DNA from: Atractiella rhizophila
Lineage: Eukaryota
Assembly: GCA_021432655.1 (NCBI GenBank)
Contig: MU271467.1
Coordinates: 1 to 59,541 of the forward strand
Length of the DNA: 59,541 nucleotides
Reading direction: 5' to 3'
This document shows positions 12,231 through 25,292 of this stretch, piece after piece. Both the position numbers and the translations under genes were made by a program. Position 1 is the stretch's first letter. Every line of letters begins with the position of its first letter. Below the pieces are notes generated by a model. It was not told where the DNA came from. It ran no database searches and saw nothing but the letters and a program-made list of their open reading frames with translations.

Positions 12231-15200
12231 ATGCCGCCCAGAAAACTGCCTCGAAAACATGTAAAAGCATCCTGTACGTTCCTTCTTTGCGTGCATTGAC
12301 CTCCTGCTAAGTATTCCTCAATAGGTCAGGCTTGCAACGACATTCGCGCGTCATGTATCAAGCTTCCCGGTAAGTTTGCTGCTCCTCTTCGCACACGAAA
12401 ATGTTCATGATCTGACATGCAGGGCAATTAACGTGCGAGTTTTGTCGAATGACTGGCCAAGAGTATGTACCATCCTCCTCTTCTGGGCTTGTATCTGATG
12501 CGGCGCGCGGTAGATGCATCCTTGTCTACACGGTCTTGCAGGAGGGCCAGAGAGATTATTCCCTTCCCAAGCCTAAGTGCGTCTTCCTTACTCTCTTTAA
12601 TATGATGTCTCCCTCCTCTTCCCTCCACGCGTAAACAGAAAAACAAACTGTTGCTCGAGAAACATCCACCGTTTGTCCCTTATTTCACTCCTGGAGAACG
12701 CTTTGCTCCTTAAAACTTTGTTCCTCCTTGCCCTCATCATAAAATTTATGACAGGTGAACGAAACGGTGCTTCTGAGGCCAGAGAGCACATTCCCATCAA
12801 TTCGCCGTTCGAGAAGACACTGTTCCTAAATTTATCCTCATTTATTGCTCTTATCATTGTCGTTTTCAACAAATTCGGGAAAGAGCGGCTTGTTGTAACC
12901 GAAGGAATCGAATTATTCCAAAGCTTACTTGTAAACGATATAGATTATGCGATTTCTTCTTCGAAGTTTGTTACCAGTGACCAGAGATGTAAAGAGTCAG
13001 GCTTTCCTGACGCACGTTTTATTAGACTGTTGTCTGGTCTGATATTTACCCTACACAGATCTTGATTTGCGTTTGACAATCTGAAAGAGGAGAGTGGTGT
13101 GCGCAAAAGTCTGTTTCTCAAACACTCCCACTCTTACATAATGCATTAATGTAGGAGAATCAGTCGTCGCCCACAGCAATTCCAGGTACAGAACAAAGTC
13201 GCAACAAAAAGTTCTTCGCATACTTCATTGGATGCTATTTACACATCGACACTTGCGCTCCAATCATTAGGAAGCAGTTCAATCAACAATGTTCTTGGAA
13301 ATGTGCAACTTATGCGTGCCTTGGGTGATCATCTTTTGGATATGGCTAGCCTCAAGCTGGGGACATACAAACATCTCATGGTGGAGAAAATGCCTCCGTC
13401 CTACACGGACTATGATTTTCTGAGGAAAAACCAGGAATCACTGGACACATATGTCGAGGTCTTATGTCCCTTAGATTCAGAGGCTTACCCGCTGACTGCT
13501 TTGCCAAGATCTGGATTGCCTTCTCAATAACAATCGGCGCTTCAATATCTCCTCATTCAGCAGTTTTCTCACACTTGTTGTGAAATCTTTTGACTGTAGT
13601 TTACCAGGCCATTCTGTTGTCCAATTCTCGCTCCTCAGTCCCCAATCTACCCTTCCCCATGCTGCGCAGAAGCGATTTTCGAGCTGAGGGTATTATACGG
13701 CATCCAGTATATCAACTCCTTGTTTCACGTTGCCTCGATCTCGCCTTCGCACCAGATTCACCTCTGAGGCAAGCTAGCGCAAAAAGCCTCTCTCTCATCC
13801 ATACTTTGTTTCTTTACCTCAAGACGTCCGATCCTGTTCGCTCTCATGAGCTGTTAGAAATATCCAGGGAAATCTTTGAAACAATGTACGCAAAAATGAA
13901 TCATTCAGACGGGACCCAGTTTGTTAATCGACAAATCGACAACTTCGCAGTAAGTTCTAGAAATATCGCCACCAGAAAGCTGATGGAATATGGAGGTTCG
14001 AGACACAAAGGCTGCGGTTTTCTCAGGGAAACAGCTTGTATTGTGAGTATATTTCTTAAAGCGGATATAATTCACCCAGTGACTTGTTTATACAGAACGT
14101 CATCCTTTTATCGTCGATACCAGACATCAGTTGTTCCAGCTGAGGTTTACCTCGACGTTCACCATTTTTATGAAATGCACCATCCGGAGAACGTCTCTGA
14201 CTTTGCTGAAAATTGTTTCGCTCACCTGATAGCAAGACTCAGAGCGGCCTCCATTGCTCGTGAGTACTTAGCCACCGCGGAACAGCTACCTAAGTGCTTG
14301 CTGCAGGAAACAACATTTCCTCACAAGGCTCCATACAAGCCGCAGCTGCATGCACAGACCTCCTGGATGACTTCGACAAATGGATAATATGGAAACAAAG
14401 AATCGAGATGAAGCTGCCCCTTAACGCCTCCTTCAACTTGGGTGACGACGAACGAGGCACGATTTTTTCGCTCACACAAACGGAGCTCAAATCTCGTCGA
14501 ATGCTCATCTCTCCGGAATTCCTCCACAACTGCCTACTTTCCATGAAATCACCGCTAAACGGCAACAAGGTCCAACCCATGTATTCAATATTCACCCAAA
14601 TCGGGATTCTCCTAACGGAGGCAGAACAAGAACTGAGTGGCCTTTGCCTTGGTGTCATCCACCAGGCTCTCACCCAGGCAAAGGTTTGCTTTGGCGACAA
14701 TCAGACCTTCCGCCGTTTAAGCGTCAGGTTGCAAGAAAGGGAAGACGATATGATTCGGAGGACTTTGACATTTGTAGACGCAGGTTGGGAAATTCAGCAG
14801 AAGCAAGAAGACCATCAAACTGTCTTGGGGTGGAGTTACTTGTCAGGTAAGCCGCTGTCACTTGCTCTTTCGCTCCCAGTTCAATGTTATTGTGCAGAGT
14901 TCACGCAATGGTTCGATTTGATCGGTTGGGACAGACTTGCCGAATTTCTAGTCCAGTATCCTCAGCACTACAGCCAAGTGGTTGGGTAATAGCAGTTCCC
15001 TTCACATCTAATCCCTCCCTTAGTTTTTACGGATAGACTATCGGCTCAGTGCAAAATTGCTGGTTGGGCAAAGCGAGCGTGGGCAGATCGACTCGAGACT
15101 CTTGCGGTAGCAATGTCAAAGCTTGCTGTAAGGATCATGGTCGCCCATCTCAATCTCAGACCTAAAACGTGGACTGCAGGTATTGAATGGTACGCCTCTG

Positions 15201-15371
15201 GCAGCGTCATCCCCGTCGCTGCAGGATTTCGCGGCTGTTCTTCCTCGTCAAGTTTTGGCACCGATATCATTTCCGACCTCTTCAGAACGTGCCAGGAATG
15301 TCTCTCCCCGTCAACGAACACGATCATCATCACCAGAGATTCTGGACTTTCTTCGAACCCTTTCCAGTTGA
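12231..15371 (+). CDS. Zn2Cys6 (Gal4-type) fungal transcription factor; many introns
   Basis: The spliced N-terminus gives CQACNDIRASCIKLPGQLTCEFCRMTGQEC, i.e. C-x2-C-x6-C-x8-C-x2-C-x6-C. Downstream ORF pieces at 13228-14989 are helical regulatory-domain-like. The last exon most plausibly ends at 15371. Confidence 0.78.
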
Positions 15372-15819
15372 CGAGACAAACTTCTAGTGGATCATGACTT
15401 TGGAGCTCCTTTCAAACTCGCAAGAGAGCAACAGCTAAACATTGATCAATGTCATGAAGGATATAGTTGCTCAGAAATCACGCTGGGGTGATGTCAATGT
15501 GGTAGAGCTGGGGAGCATCCTCCTTCCAGGGAATATGCTCCCCAGTTCCGATATTGATGATGTAGCTCCCTTCAGGGATGCGTATGTGTTGTATAAAATA
15601 TTCATTCTGGCAGTTGCAATGCAAATTAATGTCATTCCAGCATTTTCCGTTTTGTCTTTTGGAAAATAGAGCTTGTTTTCATAAATAGTTCAGGCACTTA
15701 CTCCTGCACAGGGGTCCAGCTCTCCCCGCTCACGCTACTGTTAGAAGCTAGTTCAATGAAATCGACTTCCCTGTAAACGAGTCAACTTCAGTACAAAGCA
15801 AAAAACGAAGAAACAGACC

Positions 15820-18800
15820 CTACTCGTCGAGATAGAGTTTGACGCTAATAACCTGAAAAGCTCTGAATTGGAGTGGGATGACTGATCCACTTCCCACTGG
15901 CTTTACCAAAACTTCTCCCTGATCACGCTCCAGGATGTCACAGATAGTTGCCTTCTTCACTCCCAAGTCGATTTGCAAATCCACAGAAGCATGTCCACCA
16001 TACGCTTCATAGATTCTCAAGACAACTGTCCTAGGAACGGCTGAATACTCGTCTCCAGAAAAGTCGTCGTCGTCTCCCCTTTTGATGGTATCAATGAAAA
16101 CATTGCTGCCGCCAACAATGTGAACAGGTGACTTTCTTGCGGTCAGAGTATTGATTGAGGACGATGCCACTTTTCGAAGATGCAACGGTGTGTTGAAGAT
16201 CATGCCTATTACCGTCTGTCAGCACTAAAGCAAACATTCCAGGAGGCATACCTGCAAGAGGAACCTGGCTATGATCAAATGACCCCCGGTGAGGCAAGAC
16301 ACCGAGAGAAAATTCGTGGTAGTGTTGGTCCTGCTCAGCGTCTGGTGCTGTTGCCGCTCTCAATAAAGAAATGCGTAAAACGTTTCCTTTCGAACGTCAG
16401 TGAGCGATAAATTATGCAGGAATTGCATGACAAACCTTCACACGCATAACCATACTTGCAGTCATTGAGGAGAGCCACTCCATATCCGTACTCGCTAAGG
16501 TCCGCGAAACGATGACCGCACACTTCAAACTTGGCGGCGTCCCAGGTTGTGTTGCGATGCGTAGGACGGGACAGGACACCAAACTGCGTCTCATAACGCG
16601 CAATGTCGCTGTTGATATTCAACGGAATCTCCCACTTCAAAAACTTGTGACGTTCATGCCAGTCGACTTCGACATCGATGCGAATCATGGTCAAAGCATC
16701 GGCACCGTATGCGTGAGGAACGGCATCCAGAGAGATATAAGCCTATAGTTTAGTGAACACTGTTCAAGGAAAAGTATAGATGCCTACCCTCATTTCTGTA
16801 TCTTTGCCAATGCGATACTTCGCTAGAAGGGTCGCTCGAAGTGGCCCAGTTTCGACAATTTCAACAGAGTGAGCATCAACGTTCTTCTTCGTTTGAAGGT
16901 GGAAGAAGTCGACCTTTTAACAAGCCTTAATACAGAATAATGAGAAACAACAGAACTCACATCCCAAGCGTCCCAGTTCAGCGGATGATCGTCAAAGATC
17001 ACGAATCCAGCCGTCTGTCCGTCTGCGATGAGCTCACGAGACTGACCTAAGTCGGCAAGGCGAGTAATGCGGCCTTGGGGAGAAACTTCAAGCCACAAGA
17101 AAGCGTTGCCCATGACTACAACATCGCCTCTGCGTTGCGCTTTGACATGTATCTACTTCAGCCCACGATGTTTTAAAAGGGAAGACAACGTACCAAACAC
17201 GTGCCCTTGCTTAAGAAGAGCATCCGCATTTTGAATAGTGGCCACTCCTGTTCCATCACGGTCCTCGACAAGAGCATAACAAAATTCTTGATTCCTCGAT
17301 GTCTGGAATGATCCGGTTGCAGAGTATACTTGCGAATTCGGCAGTCGCACGATCTCCCGTCTGGGATGACAGAGAGTATTGACAGCTACAATTTCATAGT
17401 TTTCGTTGATCGAAGGTGAAGTGATAGGAACGGTGCCTGGAAGATAGACTTGAAGTGCCTTCTCGAGAAGCGCATTTCCTTTGTTGCGAATGTGGGCATA
17501 GTACTGAAGAAATACGCTCGAACACAAATAATGAGTTCTGGGAAAGGCAAACCTTCTCAGCATCCTCGTATATCATGCCGATGCCGCTACCAGGGAGTAC
17601 ATCATCTAAGCTGATCCATGAGGAGTGTATGCGCGAGCTGGACGTTCAGACTTACGAAATTGCTGCAGGAGAGCTGTGAAAAGGATGGTCAACGTTACTT
17701 TAAAGTTCAGAGTAGAAGAAGAGTACTATTCTCCCAAAGTTCGTCGACATCATCCTTAGGGAAGACATACTGCCTGTCCTCTCTGGCGTGAGGAGCTAAG
17801 GACGCAAAGGTTGCTGCAAACTCGATCTCTCTCAGCAATACTTCGGACTGCACCGTAATCATCAGGCAAATTTCAAAAACGTGGGGGATGGACACACCTT
17901 CCTGTTGCCTTTCTTGATGCTGCCGTGACTGGTATACGTTCCACGATGGAGTTCGAAGTACTATATCTCCTCAACACTTCCAATTATTTGACGACAGAAC
18001 TGTGCCTACCAGCTCTCCATGCCATGTGGTAAGGTCTCTGCCTCCGTTCGAATCCTTCTCGATGGCTCTGTAAAAGTCTCCCACACTACTACCCATCTTG
18101 ACCTTGGGGAGCTCTCCACGCTCGTTTGCGGCTGCTCGAATTCGACGAAGCCCCTCAATCATCCTACCAATTGGCATCCGCCAATTACAATCAAGATGTG
18201 GAAGCGAAGAAGGCACGAACGGCGCGAGTGGTCCTCCTCCTCCATCCCCGTTCCCGTAAGCCAAAAGACCCTTGTCCTCAGTCCCCAAATTCTTGTGTCG
18301 GTATGTAGCGTTGCGGACATCCCCGACGTAAGCTTGGGCGGTATACCTGATCAAGACCTCGGAGTTAAAAAGAGCAGAAAGGAAGAGAAGAGGATCACGT
18401 GTTGACGGCTAGATCAGTCTGTTAGCATAGCTGATGAGGAAAATAAGAGCTACATACGCGTCATGTGTGTGATCACCTGTGTTCCGTCCAACCCGATCCA
18501 GTTAAACGTAGTACGAGGGAAGCTAATCGAGCATTATAATAAATAGTCCATTCCGTTCCTAGTCAAACGAGAGCCTACCTATTATACTGATTCCAGCTCA
18601 GCTTCTGAGTGAAGAAGTACTTCATTCCGGCATTCCTCGCTAGTTGTGGTAACTGGGAAGAATATCCGAAAGTGTCCGGGAGCCTGAACGTTTAACGGAA
18701 TCAGCACTGCTTCTCCAAGTGGAATAAGATTGAAGACAAACCAGAAAACATCACAATACTCTCCAAAACGAGACTTGAAGTAACGTTGACCGTAGGCAAA

Positions 18801-20434
18801 TTGTCTGCAGAGAGCTTCTCCCGAAGGCATGTTGGTGTCCATTCTTCACTCCTCATCACCAAGTTGTCCTCAACAAGAGGAAAGTCTTACTCGACCCAAG
18901 TCCCACCAATGGGCTGGAATTTCCCTTCATCTACTTTCGTCTTAATAACCTGGAAAAGTTTGGGATATTGCTGTTCGAGCCATTTGAACTGTTCCCCACG
19001 AACAAATTAACTCCCAGAGTGCAGAATCGAGTCGAAGGGGGGCTAACTTGTTGAGCTTGGCTGGCGACGAATGTGAACTCGGGGTACCTTTCAATGAGAT
19101 CGCACTGGGTGCTCCAGCTCCTCGCTGTCTTCTGTTGGGTTGCCGAATAAGGCCAAAGCCAAGCGGTGTCGATGCTGCATTCGCCAACATCCTCTCAGTT
19201 GGAGCAGAGACGGGAAGGGAAAACGGACTGGCAGTTACCAATTCCCCAAACTTGCTCATGTCCGATATCCTTCTCCCTCAGCCCTTCTTCATACACTTTC
19301 TCACCTTTCTCTGCCCACCCCTCTCCGAAAACGGTTTCCGCAATCTTTCTGCATTTGGCGATAGTCGACAGGTCAGAAGCGTCGAACTCGTTCAGGATCT
19401 TGTTGGCGGTCAAGAAAGCGACGTTTCCCAAACTGGAGTTGTCGAGAGGAAGGGTGCGTGAGATGTCACGGAGGATTCGGAAGTCCCAAAGCAAGTGCCA
19501 GGCTTGCATGCGAGGAACGACCAGATCGGCGGAGTTGAGCTGCAGCGAAATAAATAAAGTGAGCACGGGACGAGGAATGGGAGTAAACCACTGACTCGGA
19601 AGTAGCGGTTGTCGTCTGGTGGTCCGTGAGAGCCGTCGCCGTTCCCGAACATGGCATTACAAGATGCTGAGGTTGAACACTCAGCTGTTTGCTCATCGCG
19701 TGTTCGAAAGCTCACCTTCGATGTAGATCTGTCTCATTGGTTAGACTAAGCTGGTTCTTGGTTCTAAAGGGACGAAGCACATACCTTGTAGGGGAACCCT
19801 CTAGCTTCCTTAGGAATAATAAATTCCACTCTCCTGTCGCCTCCGAAACCACCAGTTATTCCTTGAAGTGGTAAACCCTCTGCATCGAAAATCATAGCTT
19901 CCCCGGAAGGGTCGAATTCGAACTGGATGCGCTCCTTATCCTTCCATTCTTTAGGAATATTCAGGATAACCCTGAACCAATGTTGCGTCTGCGATTCAAA
20001 CTCAGCAGCTGCGTGGAATTGACGGAAAAGAGCGCAACCTACCCAGGAAGGACCAAGCATAATTCCCTTCTTCGCAGGCTTGAAGTTTTGCCTCACAGCC
20101 TTCATGACGCAGTTTTCAACTCTCATCCCACTTCCCAGTAAATAAGGAAGGAACCTACCTCGCTGAATGTGGGCTTCGTCCTGCCTGGAGCAGACCACAC
20201 TTCCAACTGCACATGTTTCTCGTCGTCCGTTCTATCCTCAAATAGCACCGCCAGCACATTGGTGTCTCCAGAAGAGCCAGAATCGAACTGGTCGAGTCTT
20301 CCGTTGGTGGTGCCTCTGCCACGAGTCCGAAGTCAACTGCACTAACTCTTCCTGGAGAGGAACCGAAAGACGTACTTGAAGATGGGCGCGTTGGGAGTAA
20401 AGTTCAACTCCGGGTAGGGAGCTGGACCACTCAT
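15820..20434 (-). CDS. AMS1: Glycoside hydrolase family 38 alpha-mannosidase (Ams1-like)
   Basis: Starts [14 protein letters not shown]. Contains [71 protein letters not shown] and LRIYEAYGG. Confidence 0.95.
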
Positions 20435-21278
20435 TGGTGCTGCAAAGTTTTGTTGGGACATTCCTGCAGTGGCACGTCTCGTGGTCTTGTATCGCTCGCT
20501 TGGTGGTCAATTTCAAATGTGTTCCCAGCCAGATCAAGCATTGTCTCCTTCTCCTTGGGTTAAGCACGAGTCAAGTTTTGCGTGCAGCAATATGCAGCTC
20601 ACGATTATTACAGACCTCGAATATCACAGAACACGCGTATGCGTCTATGAAGGCATAGAACCAGCTTGTCGCTGTTTGCGCGATAGGATTCTCTGGATCA
20701 CAATTGTTTTGGCATAGAGCCAAAGACTGATGGCCTAGATGTGGATTTACCTATTTCGAAATTCCATCAGTTTGTAGAACTACTTGTACTTTTACTCTCT
20801 GTCTCGTTTTGGTTGTTTGTTGAGGAGCTTTCTGTAAATGGTATGAGAACCATTGAGAAGCCTATCTGGCGTTCCCAATATTCGACACGGCAGCGCACAT
20901 CTCTCGGTTCATAACTCGCAGCTTTATAAATGACTTTGTTGACTTTCTGAGGTACAATCCAGGACTCTGTCGTGAAAGACGAATTGCGAATCAATCACCT
21001 CCTTTTCTTACTGTGATGGCAATTGGGAGGATAATCGTTCCTCCTCTCGGCCGCCTCGCACGCTTCGAGGCATCATATGATCGTCGGCAGCAAGGAGCAC
21101 GTCTGAAACAGGACTATCTTTGCTCGCACTTTGGAGAAGTCGCGGGGCCCCACGATGGTATGGAACAACGTTTAGAGCGCGACGCGCCATCCAAAAGGAG
21201 CGCGACTCGTCCCAATCCCTCCAATTATTCTTCAGTGGTAGCTACGAACCTCACCTTCCTCGCGGAATTGGTTCAAAA

Positions 21279-23788
21279 ATGTTGTTTTCTCTCCTTCTTC
21301 TAGCCAGCAGCGGCACAGCCTCTGTTATTAATCCTGGGTTCGCTGAAAGAAGCATATTCCGTCGAAACTACAATGCGTCCGGTCCTGTCGTCGACTTGGG
21401 GAGCGCTGGGAAGTACCTTGGCATAGTTCAAAACAACGGAACAGTTGCGAGTTGGAAGGGAATTCCATATGCCAAACCTCCAGTGGGAGACTTGCGCTTC
21501 AAAGGTGTGTTTCTTGACCATCGATCCCATTAGGCTGATGAAGACTTTGCAGGTCCAAAGCCGTTGCCGACTCAATCTGATGATGTTCAAGATGTGACTG
21601 ACGACCCCTTGCGCTGTGTACAGTTCGCTTCTCCTGGTCCAAATATCATAGGCGTCAAAGCCGGGCCAGGGGTGGAGGATTGCCTTAAGTTATGGATTTG
21701 GAAACCTGTCAATGCAAAGAAGGGTGACAATCTCCGTAAATACTTCCCTTTGACTGTCCTTATCCGCTTTTTCTAACGATTGCCCAGCGGTGATGGTTTA
21801 CATTCATGGCGGTGGTCTCCAGTTCTCTTCGGCAGCAAACAATGATTTTTCAGATTGTCCGTTTTTTTCTTCCAGTCGTTTCATTCCCTTCTAAAATTCT
21901 GTTCCATTCGAAGGGGTGGGACACGATCAAGGTTTCATCGCGGTCAACCTGGCGTATCGGCTTGGAGGCTTTGGATTCTTTGCGTCCCAGGAATTGTTAG
22001 ATGAAGGCGAATGGGCGAACGCTGGTCTCTTGGATATGAGGATGGGACTCGATTGTATGTCCTTTTTTGCCTGTTGATACCTTCTCAAGCGGAAACCGGC
22101 GCAGGGGTGAAGTCGCATATCTCTGAGTAAGTCCTGACTGGCATTTCCCAGTCGTTACTCACTAAATGGAAAAGGTTCGGTGGCAATCCGAACGAAGGTA
22201 TGTAGTGGATTTGATAGACGTCTTCGTGCCATCGCACTAATTACTCACAAACAGTAACCCTCATGGGTCAGTCTGGCGGTGGTTTTGGCGTCGTAGGGCA
22301 AATGACACTGTATGACGGAAAGAAAGTCGGTATTTCTTCTCTCAACAGAGCATTGCAACAATCACTGATTCCAACACCAGCCCAATTTCAAGCGGACCAT
22401 TCCCCGATCCATCCAACGATCTCCCTCTTTCACGGTCTCAGAACTCTCCGTGAGCAATTCCCCCAACTTCGGAGAATCTAAAGAGTGAATGGGAATGGGA
22501 AATAACAGGAACGTAACGCAGCCATCGCCGCTGTTCTGAACTGTCCCTCTTCCAGCTCGCAACTAGCCTGTTTCCGAAAAGCGAACGCGTCCGATTTCGT
22601 GAACGCCGTCTTGAGTGTGAACGGAGGTGGGAAGTGGGGCGGGAACAGCGGATTCGTTCCGACGGTGGATGGCTATACGCTCACTGATACAGTCAGTGAG
22701 TTTTCTATCATGTTTTCTAAGTTCGCTGAAAAGAAGCTAATTCGAGATGTAATTAGCGCGATTATTCCAGTCTGGAAAATTCGCCAAAGTGCCCATGATC
22801 GCTGGAACGGTAACCGACGAATCTGGTCCGTTTCCCCATCCAACCATGCACTTTGCGCATTTGTTGTCCTTGTTGACCATTCTTCATTTTATGGAATGCA
22901 GCCGCCGCAACCCCAAAGACAAGTTCGATTACGAACACAAGTTCCATCGGAGCATTCAACATGAGTTCGGAATACCTTTCCAAAGTCCAAAGTTTCTATC
23001 CCGTCAACTCGACCTTTGCTTCACGTTCGGGGACCGCAAACTTCTTCGTGAACGAATGGAGAGCAGTTGTTCAAGCCAATGCGGGCCTCGGCGAGGGAGG
23101 GATAGCTTGCAGCGTCGGTCTCCTCTCCCTCTTGCGTCCTTTCTTCTTCGACAGATCGTTGACTCCTTTTTTTGGATGGTAGGAACGTCTGGTGAATGCT
23201 GCTATGGCTGAATATGGTGGAAACACCAAGCATTGGGGGTTCCGTTTCGAAGCTCCCACCGTAACTCAGGGTGGACCGACGGGAGTCGCTTGGGTCGCAC
23301 ATTCGGCTGATAATAGTTATCTCCAAGTGAGCCCTTCTTTTTCCTCTTCTTTCATATTGCGCAAGATATTCAGGCTAAACCAATAACAGAACGCGACGGC
23401 GGTTATGACGGAGCAAGAATTGGAGGTTGCAGAAGAATGGAGAGGGTACATCGGGAGCTTCATCAAGACTGGAGAGTGCGTTTCTTCCCCTCACATCACC
23501 TCGTTACTTCGTTTATCCTCCCTCGTTACCTTCAATACTTACTCCCGAAAAATAAACAGCCCGAACACTGAACGCGTCAAAGATTCAGTCTATTGGCCAC
23601 CTTACAACGCTCTGGGAGACTACAACAACTCCCCCGTCCGCCTCGTCCCCGCGTTCCGATTCCCTTCCAACCCTGGAACGGGAACGCAGCAAAAGACAGG
23701 CACACAGCTGGAGGTTATGCAGCGTCCAGGGTTGGAGAGGTGCGATTGGTGGTTGAGCGAAGAGGTGATTGCTCAGATCAGAGCGTGA
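21279..23788 (+). CDS. Secreted type-B carboxylesterase/lipase (alpha/beta hydrolase)
   Basis: Signal peptide MLFSLLLLASSG, then GIPYAKPPVGDLRF, EDCLKL, IHGGG, YRLG.FGF and the nucleophile motif GQSGG. Candidate acid in GTVTDE and His in VAHSAD. Confidence 0.9.
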
Positions 23789-25292
23789 TATGTACTTGAG
23801 CACTATTTGGGACGCGGCGAAGTTGGAGTCGCTGTTTGTCGTCGAGTACTCAATGGAATATGGGGCAGCTAATGTTCGATGAAAATAAAACGTGATGAGA
23901 AGCACGATAACGTATTCATTAACGTATTGGCGTCCAAACATTGGACTCGGACCATGTTTGCTTCACAACTTGACAGCGTTCTCCCCGATCATGATCGCGA
24001 CTTTCTCATGCGAACTGGTTGTTCTTCATATAACCGTACGTTGCCTCGGCCTGCCTCATGCTCGAACCCCTCACTTCTTTTTTCGCATCGAAGACGGGGG
24101 ACGGACAAGGAGGTATCAGTCAAGCAACCAACCGCTCTGCTGTTCTGCTCCCTTCTCCAGGAATCCCCCAGCCCCAGTATTCCGAGATATCCGAGACCGT
24201 AGAAACAATTCAAGAAGCAATTACCGTACACGAGTTCGGAACGACTGGACCGTACAGTACGATGAGAAGATAACTCGGCTTTCCTGGGTGCCTTGAGAAC
24301 TTAACTTTGCACATGTGAGGGCTTGCGTGATGAACTTGAGGGGAGCGAAGGGAAAGAATTGAATATGAAGAATAATGGAATGGAAAGACATTGGCGACAG
24401 GATCATTCCCATTTCGGATTTCTAGGCGGATACGTGTTCTCTGTATGTGACGATCATTGATAGAAGTTGGAAAGCGGAAGTTTGAAGCGAGGCGACGCAT
24501 GGAACGGAATGAATAGAACAATATGCACTCATATTCTGACTGATATTCGGGCTGATGTTGCCAGTGATACGCGACTTATTGAAGCTGGCTCCCTGAAAAA
24601 GGAACAGGGTTTGTTTTGAGGATTCATCGTTCGAACGGAAGGGATTACCGGAACCGTTCGTTGGATTGGCTTGGGTGGCGACTTGTGTCCTCATATCATT
24701 CCTGTTTCTCTTCTTGCGCCCTCCGCCCTTCTTATTTCTTATCGCTCCAGTTCACCCACTGGATTATTCACATCCATCCGTCCACTTGCTCTGCCACATC
24801 ACACCATTGTCCTTAATACCAGCATTATACCGTGACTGCTTACTCCGAGGCCAGACTATAACATCCAAGGAGAATAGAAGGAGGATAGGAAGAGGATCCA
24901 AGAAGAAATTAGGAAGAGGAAGATAGGAAGGGATAAGAAATTGCCGCTGGGATACCGATCGCTTTCCACGCTTTTCAGTCAAGGTGTGGCTGAAGGTGTC
25001 CTTCAACGTGAGCGTCCATGAGTCGTCTGTCTTTCATAAAACCTACTTCTCTTTATCTGCCTTTCAATTATTCCTCCTCATTGCTGTGATATCCCTTTCT
25101 CTCGCCGAGCATCCTTTTCTCGCGTACATCGACGATCATAACGCTGACCCTCACTCAGTACGCAGAACTTTCCATCCACACCGCACTCGATAACGACAGC
25201 CACACTTATAATCGTATCCGTCTCCACACCCCTTGCCACAGATCAGATCTCGAGCGCTGTCCATACAAACGTTCGCAACGATCGTGGAGATC

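Noticed and set aside
12455..12475. Apparent loss of the sixth Cys (reads EYV) in the Zn2Cys6 domain
   Set aside because: gtatgt is a splice donor; the next exon restores E-C.
23879..25200. Several 60-134 aa ORFs between the esterase and the arrestin-like gene
   Set aside because: No motifs or consistent exon chain; more likely promoter or UTR sequence.
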